Positions 28,995-37,801 of a stretch of 64,000 bases of DNA are shown piece after piece. The notes beneath the pieces are model-generated. The model searched no databases. It worked only from the letters and a program-made list of their open reading frames with translations, and was not told where the DNA came from. The stretch's first letter is position 1, and each line of letters opens with the position of its first letter. Source of the DNA: Ostreococcus lucimarinus (Eukaryota); assembly GCA_000092065.1 (NCBI GenBank), contig CP000585.1. One strand, given 5' to 3'. The position numbers were made by a program, and so were the translations under genes.

Positions 28995-31900
28995 ATGGGT
29001 AAGACTCCGGCGCAAGAGAACCGCCTGCGCGCGAAGAAGCAAGGGATGTCTCACGAAGACGTCAAAAAAGAGCAAGCCGCCGACGCGCGAAAGATCAAGG
29101 ATCTCGCGAACAAAGACGCGACGTTCGGGATGACGAAAGGAGCGGCGATGAATCGTAAGCATGAAGTTGCCATGCAACGGTTGCGGGACATGAATGACCC
29201 GACGACGGAACTCGGGAAAGCGACGCTCAGGGCGGCGAAGAAGAAGGCCAAGGAGCAGCAAGAGTTTTTGTTGCGAACGAAGGGCATAGACGTGAAACAA
29301 CCGGAATTACAGCCAGGAGTGGACCCGAAGACGGTGCTTTGCGAGTTTTTCAAGCACGGTTGCTGCGCGAAGACGGCGGATAAGTGCAAGTACTCGCACC
29401 AGTTGGATATCGCGACGCGGCAGCAGAAGCGAAGCGCGTTCGAGTTGCCGAGCGAGGACTCCATCGAGATGTGGGATCAGAAAAAGCTCGAAGCTGTCAT
29501 CGCGCGAAAGCACGGGCAGGAAGCGAACACAAACAATGAAACGACGATCGTGTGTAAGCATTTCTTGGATGCGGTTGAGAAGAAGCTTTATGGATGGTTT
29601 TGGCACTGCCCGGGCGGTGCGGACTGCAAGTACAAGCATAAGCTGCCGCCGGGTTTCGTGTTCAAGAGCGAGCTTCGCGAGAGATTGCTCGAAGAAGCTC
29701 GCGCGAGAAAGACCGACCAAGACATTCTACGCGAGAAACTGATCGCGCTGAAGAAGAGCGGGAAGAACACGACGCCGATGACGCTGGATGTGTATTTGGA
29801 GTGGAAGAAAGAGCGCGTCGACAAGATCAAAGCCACTGTGGAGGCTTCGAGGGAGGAGCGCATCAAGAACAACTTGCTCACGGGGCGTGAGATTATTGAA
29901 CAACAGCAGGGTGGAGTCGAGGCGGCGGTCGATGCCGGTGCGAGCGCCGGAGATGACGAAATTGCTCGATTGATGAAGGCGCGCAGAGAGGCGGACGACG
30001 AGGCAGAGCGCAAAGCCGCTGAAGAAGCTGCTGAAAACCTTGCTCGCGCGAAGAACTTGGGTGATCTTTACAACATAGAGATGTTGCCAGATGAGACCGA
30101 CGACTTCGCTGATCTTGAAGAGGAAGAAGACAACTTCGAACCGCCCGAGGGCTGGACTCCAGACGCTGTCGCTCCGGGTGGCGACGGTGGTCAAGACGAA
30201 GCCGCAGCAGTGGAATCGGCGGAACAACCGGATATCAACGAAAAGAAGGCTCGTCGAGAAGCCGAACTCAAGGCTATGGAAGAGGAGGGCATCAAGCTCG
30301 TGCAAAAGACGACGAGAAAGGACAAAGAGGAAGAGCTATTCAAGCCCGCGGTTGAGATCCCGGACGAGGCGTTGGGCGACGGCGAGATGGATCCGAAGAA
30401 GCTCGGTGAAATGATTGCGGCGAAGCGTGCAGCCGAAGAAGCTGAGCGAACGAAACATCTTGCCGATATGGCGGAGGAAAGGGAGCGAAAAGACGCCGCT
30501 AAGGCGGCAAAGAAGGCCGAACGGGAAGCCGCACGAGCGGCGAAGAAGAAGAAGAAGAAGGGTGACGACGAAAATGACGACGTGACGACCATCGAGGCAG
30601 CCCTTGGCAACGTTGAGCTCGAAGAGACTGGAACATCGATGAAACGCATGTCTACTGGTGTGTTGGCGTCTCGTCCCACCGCACGTGATATCAAGATTAT
30701 CAACTTCTCCATGGGTATGGGTGGTCGCGAGCTCATCAAAGACTGCGACATCGAAATCACAATCGGAAGAAGATACGGTTTACTCGGTCAGAATGGCTGC
30801 GGTAAAACAAACTTTCTCGAGTGCTTGGCTCGCCGAGAAGTCCCAATCCCGGATCACATTGATTTGTATCACTTGCGTGAAGAAGCTCTTCCGAGCGAAC
30901 GATCGGCGATTCAAACCGTCATCGATGAAGTTCAAGCTGAGATGGAACGTCTTAACAAGTTTGAACTGCACATTCTCGAAACTACCGGCCCAGATGACGA
31001 ACGTTTGGAGCTTATTTACGACCGACTAGAAGAGATCGATCCTACTACGTTCGAAGCGCGTGCATCTGAGCTTTTGCACTCTCTCGGTTTCTCCCAAACC
31101 ATGATTCATCGCCCAACGGCGGACATGTCTGGCGGCTGGCGGATGCGTGTCGCGCTTGCCAAGGCGTTGTTTGCCCAGCCCACTCTTTTGCTGTTGGACG
31201 AGCCAACGAATCACTTGGATCTCGAAGCGTGCGTGTGGCTCGAACACTACTTGGGACAGTACAAAAAGTGTCTCATAATCGTTTCTCACTCGCAAGATTT
31301 CTTGAATGGCGTCTGTACGCACATCATTTGGTTGACGCAGCAAAAGCTTACATACTACACCGGTAACTACGATACATTCCAGAAAACCGTGAACGAGAAC
31401 AACATCGTGCAGCAAAAGAAGTACGAAAAGGAGCAAGCTGACATCGCGCACTTGCAAGAATTCATCCGCTCGTGTGGTACGTACTCGAACATGCGCAAAC
31501 AAGCCGAATCGAAGCAAAAAATTATCGACAAGATGATGGCCGCAGGTCTCACACCGCCGGTCGCCAAAGAGCACGATTTCAAGTTCGACTTCCCCGAGTG
31601 TCAAAAAGTTCCGCCTCCCGTGCTTCCGTTCGCGAACGTGTCGTTCTCGTACAATGGTAAGAAGGAGGACTACTTGTACGAAGGGTTGGAGCTCGGCGTC
31701 GATTGCGACAGTCGTATTGCGTTGGTGGGCCCGAATGGTGCCGGTAAATCCACTCTTTTAAAGCTCATGACTGGCGAACTTTCGCCGAGTGTGGGTACGG
31801 TCGATAGACACCCGGGTCTGAGCATCGGTAAGTATCATCAGCACTCAGTCGATGTGCTTAACAAGGCGATGACCCCGCTGGAATTTTTCATGGCTGAATA

Positions 31901-32321
31901 TCCCAATAACCTCAAATTCAAGCGTGAGATGGAAGAGTGGCGTGCATACTTGGGGCGCTACGGCGTCAGCGGGCGCATGCAAACGCAGAAAATTGGCGAG
32001 TTGTCGGAAGGTCAACAGTCCCGTCTCGTGTTTGCCATGATTTGCATGCAGCGTCCGAACTTGTTGCTTCTCGATGAGCCGACGAATCACTTGGATTTGG
32101 AAGCGATCGATGCGCTCGCAGAAGCCATCAAGCGATACAACGGTGGGCTGGTGCTCGTGTCGCACGATTTCCGTCTCATCGACCAGGTCGCGGACAAGAT
32201 TTGGGTGTGCGAGAACAAAACGGTGCGCGATTGGAAAACGGATATCAGAATGTACAAGAAGCACTTGAGCGACAAGGCGGATCGCGAAGCGCGCGAGCGC
32301 AAGGCCAAGGTTCGCAAATAG
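28995..32321 (+). CDS. ABCF1: Single-ORF fusion: a ZC3H15/Tma46 (DFRP1)-like N-terminal module with two CCCH fingers, joined to a complete ABCF1 (ABC50)-type twin-ATPase
   Basis: N-terminal 390 aa: C-x8-C-x5-C-x3-H fingers and a DFRP-like core (LCEFFKHGCCAKTADKCKYSHQLD; VCKHFLDAVEKKLYGWFWHCPGGADCKYKHKLPPGFVFKS; LEWKKERVDKIK) collinear with human ZC3H15. After a K/E-rich linker comes STGVLASRPTARDIKIINFS...RRYGLLGQNGCGKTNFLE...LSGGWRMRVALAKAL...LLLDEPTNHLD...(second NBD) LVGPNGAGKSTLLKL...LSEGQQSRLVFA...LLLDEPTNHLD...LVSHDFRLIDQVADKIWVCENKTV, collinear with human ABCF1. Kozak-like GCCATGG at 28995. No stop or frameshift between modules. Confidence 0.85.
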   Translation: MGKTPAQENRLRAKKQGMSHEDVKKEQAADARKIKDLANKDATFGMTKGAAMNRKHEVAMQRLRDMNDPTTELGKATLRAAKKKAKEQQEFLLRTKGIDVKQPELQPGVDPKTVLCEFFKHGCCAKTADKCKYSHQLDIATRQQKRSAFELPSEDSIEMWDQKKLEAVIARKHGQEANTNNETTIVCKHFLDAVEKKLYGWFWHCPGGADCKYKHKLPPGFVFKSELRERLLEEARARKTDQDILREKLIALKKSGKNTTPMTLDVYLEWKKERVDKIKATVEASREERIKNNLLTGREIIEQQQGGVEAAVDAGASAGDDEIARLMKARREADDEAERKAAEEAAENLARAKNLGDLYNIEMLPDETDDFADLEEEEDNFEPPEGWTPDAVAPGGDGGQDEAAAVESAEQPDINEKKARREAELKAMEEEGIKLVQKTTRKDKEEELFKPAVEIPDEALGDGEMDPKKLGEMIAAKRAAEEAERTKHLADMAEERERKDAAKAAKKAEREAARAAKKKKKKGDDENDDVTTIEAALGNVELEETGTSMKRMSTGVLASRPTARDIKIINFSMGMGGRELIKDCDIEITIGRRYGLLGQNGCGKTNFLECLARREVPIPDHIDLYHLREEALPSERSAIQTVIDEVQAEMERLNKFELHILETTGPDDERLELIYDRLEEIDPTTFEARASELLHSLGFSQTMIHRPTADMSGGWRMRVALAKALFAQPTLLLLDEPTNHLDLEACVWLEHYLGQYKKCLIIVSHSQDFLNGVCTHIIWLTQQKLTYYTGNYDTFQKTVNENNIVQQKKYEKEQADIAHLQEFIRSCGTYSNMRKQAESKQKIIDKMMAAGLTPPVAKEHDFKFDFPECQKVPPPVLPFANVSFSYNGKKEDYLYEGLELGVDCDSRIALVGPNGAGKSTLLKLMTGELSPSVGTVDRHPGLSIGKYHQHSVDVLNKAMTPLEFFMAEYPNNLKFKREMEEWRAYLGRYGVSGRMQTQKIGELSEGQQSRLVFAMICMQRPNLLLLDEPTNHLDLEAIDALAEAIKRYNGGLVLVSHDFRLIDQVADKIWVCENKTVRDWKTDIRMYKKHLSDKADREARERKAKVRK

Positions 32322-32482
32322 ATGAATTACTTTTACGGCGTTGACGTTGATACTACACCATTCATTGAGAAATTTTAATACTAATCCCATTCTAGTTCCT
32401 CCACCTTTGATTCGCGCGTCACCCCGCCGCCGCGCCAACGCCGAATTTCGCCGCCACCGCCGTCTTCATCGCCACCAACCCC

Positions 32483-33757
32483 ATGTCCGTAAACCCTAAA
32501 AATAGCGTCAGCGCCGTCATCCCCAAAATCACCGCCACCGCGTTCGACGCGATCGCTCGCCACGTCTTCCCAGACGTCAGCGGCGCGGTCGGCCACCGCA
32601 ACAGCGGCGTCACGAAGCTCAAATTCTCCGGCTGCTGCGCCATCCACGCCCGCATCGCGCGCGCGGCGTACTCCGCCAACGACTCCTCTCGCACGTCGTC
32701 GTCGTACGCGCCATCATCGCGCGCCAGCGCCTCGCGCGTCACCGTTCGCGTCACCGTTCGCGTTCGAAGCCAACCCGCGGCGTCGAACGCCGTCACCGCG
32801 CCCCGCGCCGCGCGCGCGCGCCGCCGCGCCGTCGCCGCACCGCTCGACGCGCGCGCGACTCTCGAAGTCGCGCGCGCGCGGATCGTCGCGCCGCACCGCG
32901 TCGACGTCGTCGCCATTCGCCGCGATGTGCGGTACCTCAGAATGTCGCGCGGCGTCGCGCGCGCGCGCGCGGCGCCGGCGCCGGTCGCGCGGTTCCGCGC
33001 GCGGCGTCGCGCCGGTCGCGCGGTTCCGCGCGCGGCGTCGCTCGGCGTCGACCTCGAGCCCTGGGCGCGCCCGCTCGAGCGCGCGCTCGACTTTCGACGC
33101 GATGGCGCCGGAAGCGCGTCGAGCCGCGCCGCGTCGCTGTTCACGACGGCCGTCTTCGCGCGCGCGTACTGGCGCGGGTATCGACAGCTGTTCAGGGCGC
33201 TCGGGTACCCGGGAGCCGCCGCCGAGGCGTCGCTCGCGCTCGGGACGCTGCGGGACGGCGGCGCGATGCTGGACGTGTCGTGCGGACCGGGGCTGATACT
33301 CGACCTCTTGGCGCGCCATTCGGCGCGCTCGGGGAAGTGGGAGCGCGTGGTTGGTTTAGATTTTTCTCGAGAGATGGTGACACTGGCGCGCGAGGCGTGC
33401 GGCGAGCGCGCGACGGTGGTGGTGGCGGACGCGTGCGATTTGCCGTTCGCCGATGGCGCATTCGACGTCTTGCATTCGAGCGCGGGGGCGCATTGTTGGG
33501 GCGATTTGAACAGCCGTGGCGTTCCCGAGTCGGCTTTTCGCGAAATGTATCGAGTTTTAAAACCGACGGGGGAGATACTGGTATCGACTGTCGTCCTGCT
33601 GAAGCCGACGACGGTTGAGGAGGAGTACTCGCGAACGCCGAACACGCCATTTTTCGACGAACGCGCGGTGTGCCGGATGATTCAAGACGCTGGGTTTCGC
33701 GATGTTGAAGTTATAGCAAAGGATAAGTGTTTCGTGGCCGTCAAGGCTGTTAAGTGA
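32483..33757 (+). CDS. Class I SAM-dependent methyltransferase (Methyltransf_11 type) with a long S/A/R-rich N-terminal presequence; start uncertain (ATG 32483 or ATG 32942)
   Basis: Motif I MLDVSCGPGLILDLL, motif post-I VVGLDFSREMV, motif II DLPFADGAFDVLHS, motif III VLKPTGEILVS. Preceded by YWRGYRQLFRALGYPG, typical of plastid-type MTases. The 408-aa antisense ORF 32419..33645 is a GC artefact. Confidence 0.6.
   Translation: MSVNPKNSVSAVIPKITATAFDAIARHVFPDVSGAVGHRNSGVTKLKFSGCCAIHARIARAAYSANDSSRTSSSYAPSSRASASRVTVRVTVRVRSQPAASNAVTAPRAARARRRAVAAPLDARATLEVARARIVAPHRVDVVAIRRDVRYLRMSRGVARARAAPAPVARFRARRRAGRAVPRAASLGVDLEPWARPLERALDFRRDGAGSASSRAASLFTTAVFARAYWRGYRQLFRALGYPGAAAEASLALGTLRDGGAMLDVSCGPGLILDLLARHSARSGKWERVVGLDFSREMVTLAREACGERATVVVADACDLPFADGAFDVLHSSAGAHCWGDLNSRGVPESAFREMYRVLKPTGEILVSTVVLLKPTTVEEEYSRTPNTPFFDERAVCRMIQDAGFRDVEVIAKDKCFVAVKAVK
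32980..33041. repeat. 31-bp perfect tandem duplication (gccggtcgcgcggttccgcgcgcggcgtcgc x2) inside the putative N-terminal region of the methyltransferase gene
   Basis: Direct reading; copies at 32980-33010 and 33011-33041. The period is not a multiple of 3. Confidence 0.7.
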
Positions 33758-33854
33758 AGAGATGGCGGCGGAGGTGGCGAGGTTACGAAGCGACGCTAGC
33801 GGCGCGATGAATAGAATTAAAAATCAGCAACGAAACGCTTGTGCGCGCGCGAAA

Positions 33855-34976
33855 TCAACGGCGAAGAATCTGCTTCAGCGCTTGGTCGATCCTCTCGTAC
33901 TTGAACTTATAACCCACATCAAGCGCGGTTTTGGGTTGGATTCTCTGCCCTTGAAGAACTAGAGTCGATCCTTCGCCGAGAACTGCGCGCAACGCGAAAT
34001 CTGGCACCGGCAACCAACTCGGTTTCCCTAAGGTCTCGCCGAGGGATTCGCACATCTCTCGCATGCGGACGGGCGTTGGCGCGACGCAATTCACCGGACC
34101 TTCAAGTTTTACGTTTGTCAAGCTCTCCATTATGATCCCCACCGCGTCGTCTCTATGAATCCAACTAAACCACTGCTGACCGTCGCCCAAGGGCCCGCCC
34201 ATGAACGCTTGGAAAGTCGGCACCATCTTCCCGAGCGCCCCACCATCTCGATCGAGCACAATCCCTAATCGCAGCAGCACCACTCTACAATCTTCAACCC
34301 CACTCGCGGTTTGTTCCCACGCCTGGCAGACTTGACTTAAATAGTCCGCGCCTGGCCCGCTCGCTTCGTCGTACGTATCTGTCTCACTCGTCCCGTAGTA
34401 CCCGATCGCCGAAGCGTTCACCAATACCTTAGGTCTCTTGGCGTCGTTTGTGATCGAATTCACGTGTTCGACGACCGCCTTGGTGGTTTTCACTCGGGAC
34501 GCCATGATTTCACCCTTCACCTTCGGGTCCCAGCGCGTGCTGATTGGTTCGCCAGCTAAATTCACCACGTGCGTCGCGCCGAGCAACCCGCGTCGCCACT
34601 TATCCGGAGACACAAACGCGACGTCGCCCTTTGGGAGATTTTGTGGAGAAAGCTTCGCGCGAGCGCGGTTGACGTCTCGCGTGAGCACTCGCACTTCGGC
34701 GCCCCGCTCGAGGAGCGTCTCCACTAGCTTGCTACCCACGAACCCGGTTGCGCCCGTGATGGCGACGATGAGCCGATCGTCGGACGACGCTACGGACAGG
34801 TCGTCGTCCACGCTCGCGGAAGGCGCTAGAGCGCCCCGACGTGCGCGCGTCGAGCGGAAAAGATGGCGACGACACGTCTTATCCACCGAACGGGACGGCG
34901 AGCGGAGGCGCGCGCAGGGCGTCGCATTGCTCGCCGGAGCACGATAAAACGCGTTACAAGTCACTGCTGACGTCAT
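33855..34976 (-). CDS. SDR39U1/YfcH-type NAD-dependent epimerase family protein (TIGR01777-like) with an N-terminal targeting-like presequence
   Basis: Rossmann start IVAITGATGFVGSKLVETLLERGAEVRVLTR, family core ...NLAGEPI..RW...K.EI..SRV..T..., and a C-terminal DUF1731-like QRIQPKTALDVGYKFKY. Real ATG at 34974-34976. Confidence 0.7.
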   Translation of the reverse strand: MTSAVTCNAFYRAPASNATPCARLRSPSRSVDKTCRRHLFRSTRARRGALAPSASVDDDLSVASSDDRLIVAITGATGFVGSKLVETLLERGAEVRVLTRDVNRARAKLSPQNLPKGDVAFVSPDKWRRGLLGATHVVNLAGEPISTRWDPKVKGEIMASRVKTTKAVVEHVNSITNDAKRPKVLVNASAIGYYGTSETDTYDEASGPGADYLSQVCQAWEQTASGVEDCRVVLLRLGIVLDRDGGALGKMVPTFQAFMGGPLGDGQQWFSWIHRDDAVGIIMESLTNVKLEGPVNCVAPTPVRMREMCESLGETLGKPSWLPVPDFALRAVLGEGSTLVLQGQRIQPKTALDVGYKFKYERIDQALKQILRR

Positions 34977-36610
34977 CTCGTGGTTTGAAGCTCGCGCCCG
35001 GTGCGCACCGCGTCGTCGACTGCGGCCTCACCAACGACGGCTTGACGTTTTTGCAGGAAACTATGCCGCCGAGCGGCGTCGGGCGTCAACCGTCGAGACG
35101 GATTCCAGTGCAGCGCTCGTAGTAGAAATGCGTTGAACCGATCGTCGTCGATATCGATGACTTTCGTGCGCTTGCTTCGCGGCTTGTGCTTTGAGGATGT
35201 CCGATCGCTACGTTTGTCGTCTCGTCGACTTCTCGCAAACGACGACTCGCACACATGAAAGTCGACTCGGCGATCGGAGTGTGCTGCCGAGCTAAGAATG
35301 CGGCGTGGAGGAGGCCCAATCCGCGAGGTGATCGCGCTTAACTGGCGTGCCTCATCGTCGCCCACAAATAAAGTTTTGCCAGTGGCAAGCTCGGCGAGAA
35401 CGCACGCCAAGCTCCATACGTCAATGGGATGGCCGTAATCGATTCCGAGCATGACTTCCGGAGCGCGGTAGAATCGGCTCTGAATGTACGTATACACTTG
35501 TTTTCCCTGAAAACACGCGCTTCCGAAGTCGATGAGTTTGACATCGAACGAGCCAGGATGTTCTAGCAAAATGTTTTCGGGTTTGATGTCACAGTGCACC
35601 ACTTGCATGTGTTTGAGGTACACGAGCGCATCCACCATTTGCCGAGCGATATGGCGGACGTGTTGAATATCTAACTTCGCGAACGCGCGGGCTTCCAAGA
35701 ACTCGTACAAGTTGATGTGAAGCAGCTCAAACACAACGCACAATCGACCGCGAAACTTTAAATGCTCGAACATCTTCACTACGCGACTCGAACCACCTTC
35801 GACACGTTTGAGCACCGAAACTTCCACGCGAGCTTGACTCGCAAATGTTTCGTCAGGAGAAATCAGTTTAAGTGCCACTTCGCGCTTATATTTATGGTCA
35901 AAGCAACGCACAACTTGACCGAAATTTCCCGCGCCGAGTGAATTGAACATTTCAAATCGAAACGCCACGTGCTCGCCCTTCCTGATGCGAAAGGCATCGT
36001 CCTCGTCACCACTGCTAGCACCGGAACCGTGCGATAGCGTTTGCGTGTCGTCTGAGAGATGTTCTAGAGTCGGCACGTACCACACATGTTTGTAACGCAA
36101 AATATCGTTTCGGTCCATCACTCGAAGCCGCTTCCAAAACTTCTGCATCGCTTCTACGATCGACATTCCGATCGAGTCTCCATGCCTGGACCTATGAGTT
36201 TCCGGTGTCTGTTGGGATTGGTATTTTCGCCTCGCCGTGCCAGGCCGGCCGGTGGCGCCCGCGCCGTGTCGTCGACTCGAGCGCGCGCTGAGCGGTGGTA
36301 TGGTTGGTGTGAACTTAGGGGTCATGGCCGTTTCGTACGACGATGTCTGCTGGACCACGCCGAAACAACCATTGCAAGTTCCATATTTGTCGTCGGTCAC
36401 TCTGGCGTTTGCGAGCGCGTGCGAACGTAAACGAGTTTGAGTCACGGTCGCAGTGGCAAGTCTTCTCGGTGGAAGTTCGGTCAACGCGTCCACGCGGCGA
36501 GGAGCCGTAGAAGGCATACGACATCCTTCGCCGCCCGGTTTAGCGACTGGGTCAATTGTGAGGGTTGGGAAAATGCGCCTACGATCGTTTGTCGCATCTC
36601 GAGTCCGCAT
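34973..36610 (-). CDS. DYRK-family dual-specificity protein kinase
   Basis: DYRK catalytic domain (FEMFNSLGAGNFGQVVRCFD...ALKLI..., HCDIKPENILL, DFGSAC, YIQSRFYRAPEV, DVWSLACVLAELATGKTLF) with the tail ...NPSRRLTPDAARRHSFL. Real ATG at 36608-36610. Its TGA stop (34973-34975) overlaps the ATG of the downstream epimerase gene. Confidence 0.8.
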   Translation of the reverse strand: MRTRDATNDRRRIFPTLTIDPVAKPGGEGCRMPSTAPRRVDALTELPPRRLATATVTQTRLRSHALANARVTDDKYGTCNGCFGVVQQTSSYETAMTPKFTPTIPPLSARSSRRHGAGATGRPGTARRKYQSQQTPETHRSRHGDSIGMSIVEAMQKFWKRLRVMDRNDILRYKHVWYVPTLEHLSDDTQTLSHGSGASSGDEDDAFRIRKGEHVAFRFEMFNSLGAGNFGQVVRCFDHKYKREVALKLISPDETFASQARVEVSVLKRVEGGSSRVVKMFEHLKFRGRLCVVFELLHINLYEFLEARAFAKLDIQHVRHIARQMVDALVYLKHMQVVHCDIKPENILLEHPGSFDVKLIDFGSACFQGKQVYTYIQSRFYRAPEVMLGIDYGHPIDVWSLACVLAELATGKTLFVGDDEARQLSAITSRIGPPPRRILSSAAHSDRRVDFHVCESSFARSRRDDKRSDRTSSKHKPRSKRTKVIDIDDDRFNAFLLRALHWNPSRRLTPDAARRHSFLQKRQAVVGEAAVDDAVRTGRELQTTR

Positions 36611-36743
36611 CGGCTTGTGAGGTTCGCGTTGGCCAAATATAGGTGGCAGCCAACAAGTAAACTGCTCATCTAATTTTCAAACCTTGATTTTCTAGCTAAC
36701 CACTCCGGAACACGTCCCGATCATCCTAACGTTATTTCCGACA

Positions 36744-37655
36744 CTATTTCTGCGCTTCCGCGCGTTTCTTTGCCTGTTCCAGCGCTTCTGTCAATTTCTT
36801 CGCGGCGGCAACTTCCTTCAGGAGTGCGAAGACCAACGGGATATAATTGTGCCTACGTCGTATATTATCGTTCCTCCATTCAGCCACTTTAGCCTCTTCG
36901 ACTTCTAATTCGCGCTGCAAATGCGCGATCTCATCCGCGGCGCCAGTGCTCGACGACCGTAGTTCCTCGAGTCGCTGTGAAATTGCGATTCTAGGATCCT
37001 TCGTAACAGCCATGAGATTAAACTTGATCTCATTCGACGCGAATGACGCGATCTTCCGTTGAATCGCCGGAACCGCTACGTCTAACCAATGCCCGTCGCC
37101 AAAGCTTCCGTGATTGATCGGCCCTCTCTGCAAACCATCGAGTTCGAAGACGGAACCGCCTCTTGGTACGTAGGCAACAAAGTGAAACACGTCGTCGTCC
37201 TCTTGCGCAGGCCTAGACTGCAAGACGATTGGTTCTGGACGCGCGAACGAGTTATGTGCGTCGCGAATGATGTCCGAGTTGGAGATACTCATCCCTTTCG
37301 TTTCAGCATCGAAGTCGAGGGTGAACTCCCTTAGCGTTTGGAGCGTCTCGCCCAACTCAACTTCTTGTTCGGCGTTCAACAACACGCTAAGCACCGCTTG
37401 CGTGGCGCACGCGTTGTGAATCACTTGCGACGCGAAGAACAAATCTTGCGGTGGGTTTTCATCGACCTCAACTGCGCTCGAGCTGTGACCGCCGCGCCAC
37501 TTGAACAAAAATATGAGTCCGTAGATTGGTTCGTTACGACGAAGTTCATCAACGTCTAGCGAGTAGAGTTCTGTGAATGCGACGCCACGCGCGCCGATTC
37601 GATGGACCAGCTCGCCGAAGACCCCGGGATCGCTCTCGATGAGGCACCAGTCCAT
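36744..37655 (-). CDS. UCHL5: Ubiquitin C-terminal hydrolase UCH-L5/UCH37 (peptidase C12)
   Basis: MDWCLIESDPGVFGELV...IFLFKW..., catalytic Cys region QVIHNACATQAVLSVLLN, His region HFVAYV, and a C-terminal KEKE/ULD-like helix. Confidence 0.85.
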   Translation of the reverse strand: MDWCLIESDPGVFGELVHRIGARGVAFTELYSLDVDELRRNEPIYGLIFLFKWRGGHSSSAVEVDENPPQDLFFASQVIHNACATQAVLSVLLNAEQEVELGETLQTLREFTLDFDAETKGMSISNSDIIRDAHNSFARPEPIVLQSRPAQEDDDVFHFVAYVPRGGSVFELDGLQRGPINHGSFGDGHWLDVAVPAIQRKIASFASNEIKFNLMAVTKDPRIAISQRLEELRSSSTGAADEIAHLQRELEVEEAKVAEWRNDNIRRRHNYIPLVFALLKEVAAAKKLTEALEQAKKRAEAQK

Positions 37656-37801
37656 CGAGTGCGCGCGCGTGAGTGTGCGGTTGAACTTCTTAGGGGTCGT
37701 GCTCGTCGGTGAAGGGCGAACGAACTTTATTCAATAAAGAGTTTGTATAATTACAGCAGTTGGCGTGCTAAAGTGCGCGCCGCGTTCGTCTTATCGCGAT
37801 A

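Noticed and set aside
32419-33645. 408-aa minus-strand ORF antisense to the methyltransferase gene
   Set aside because: The plus strand has all SAM-MTase motifs, and the minus translation is S/A/R-rich with no domain.
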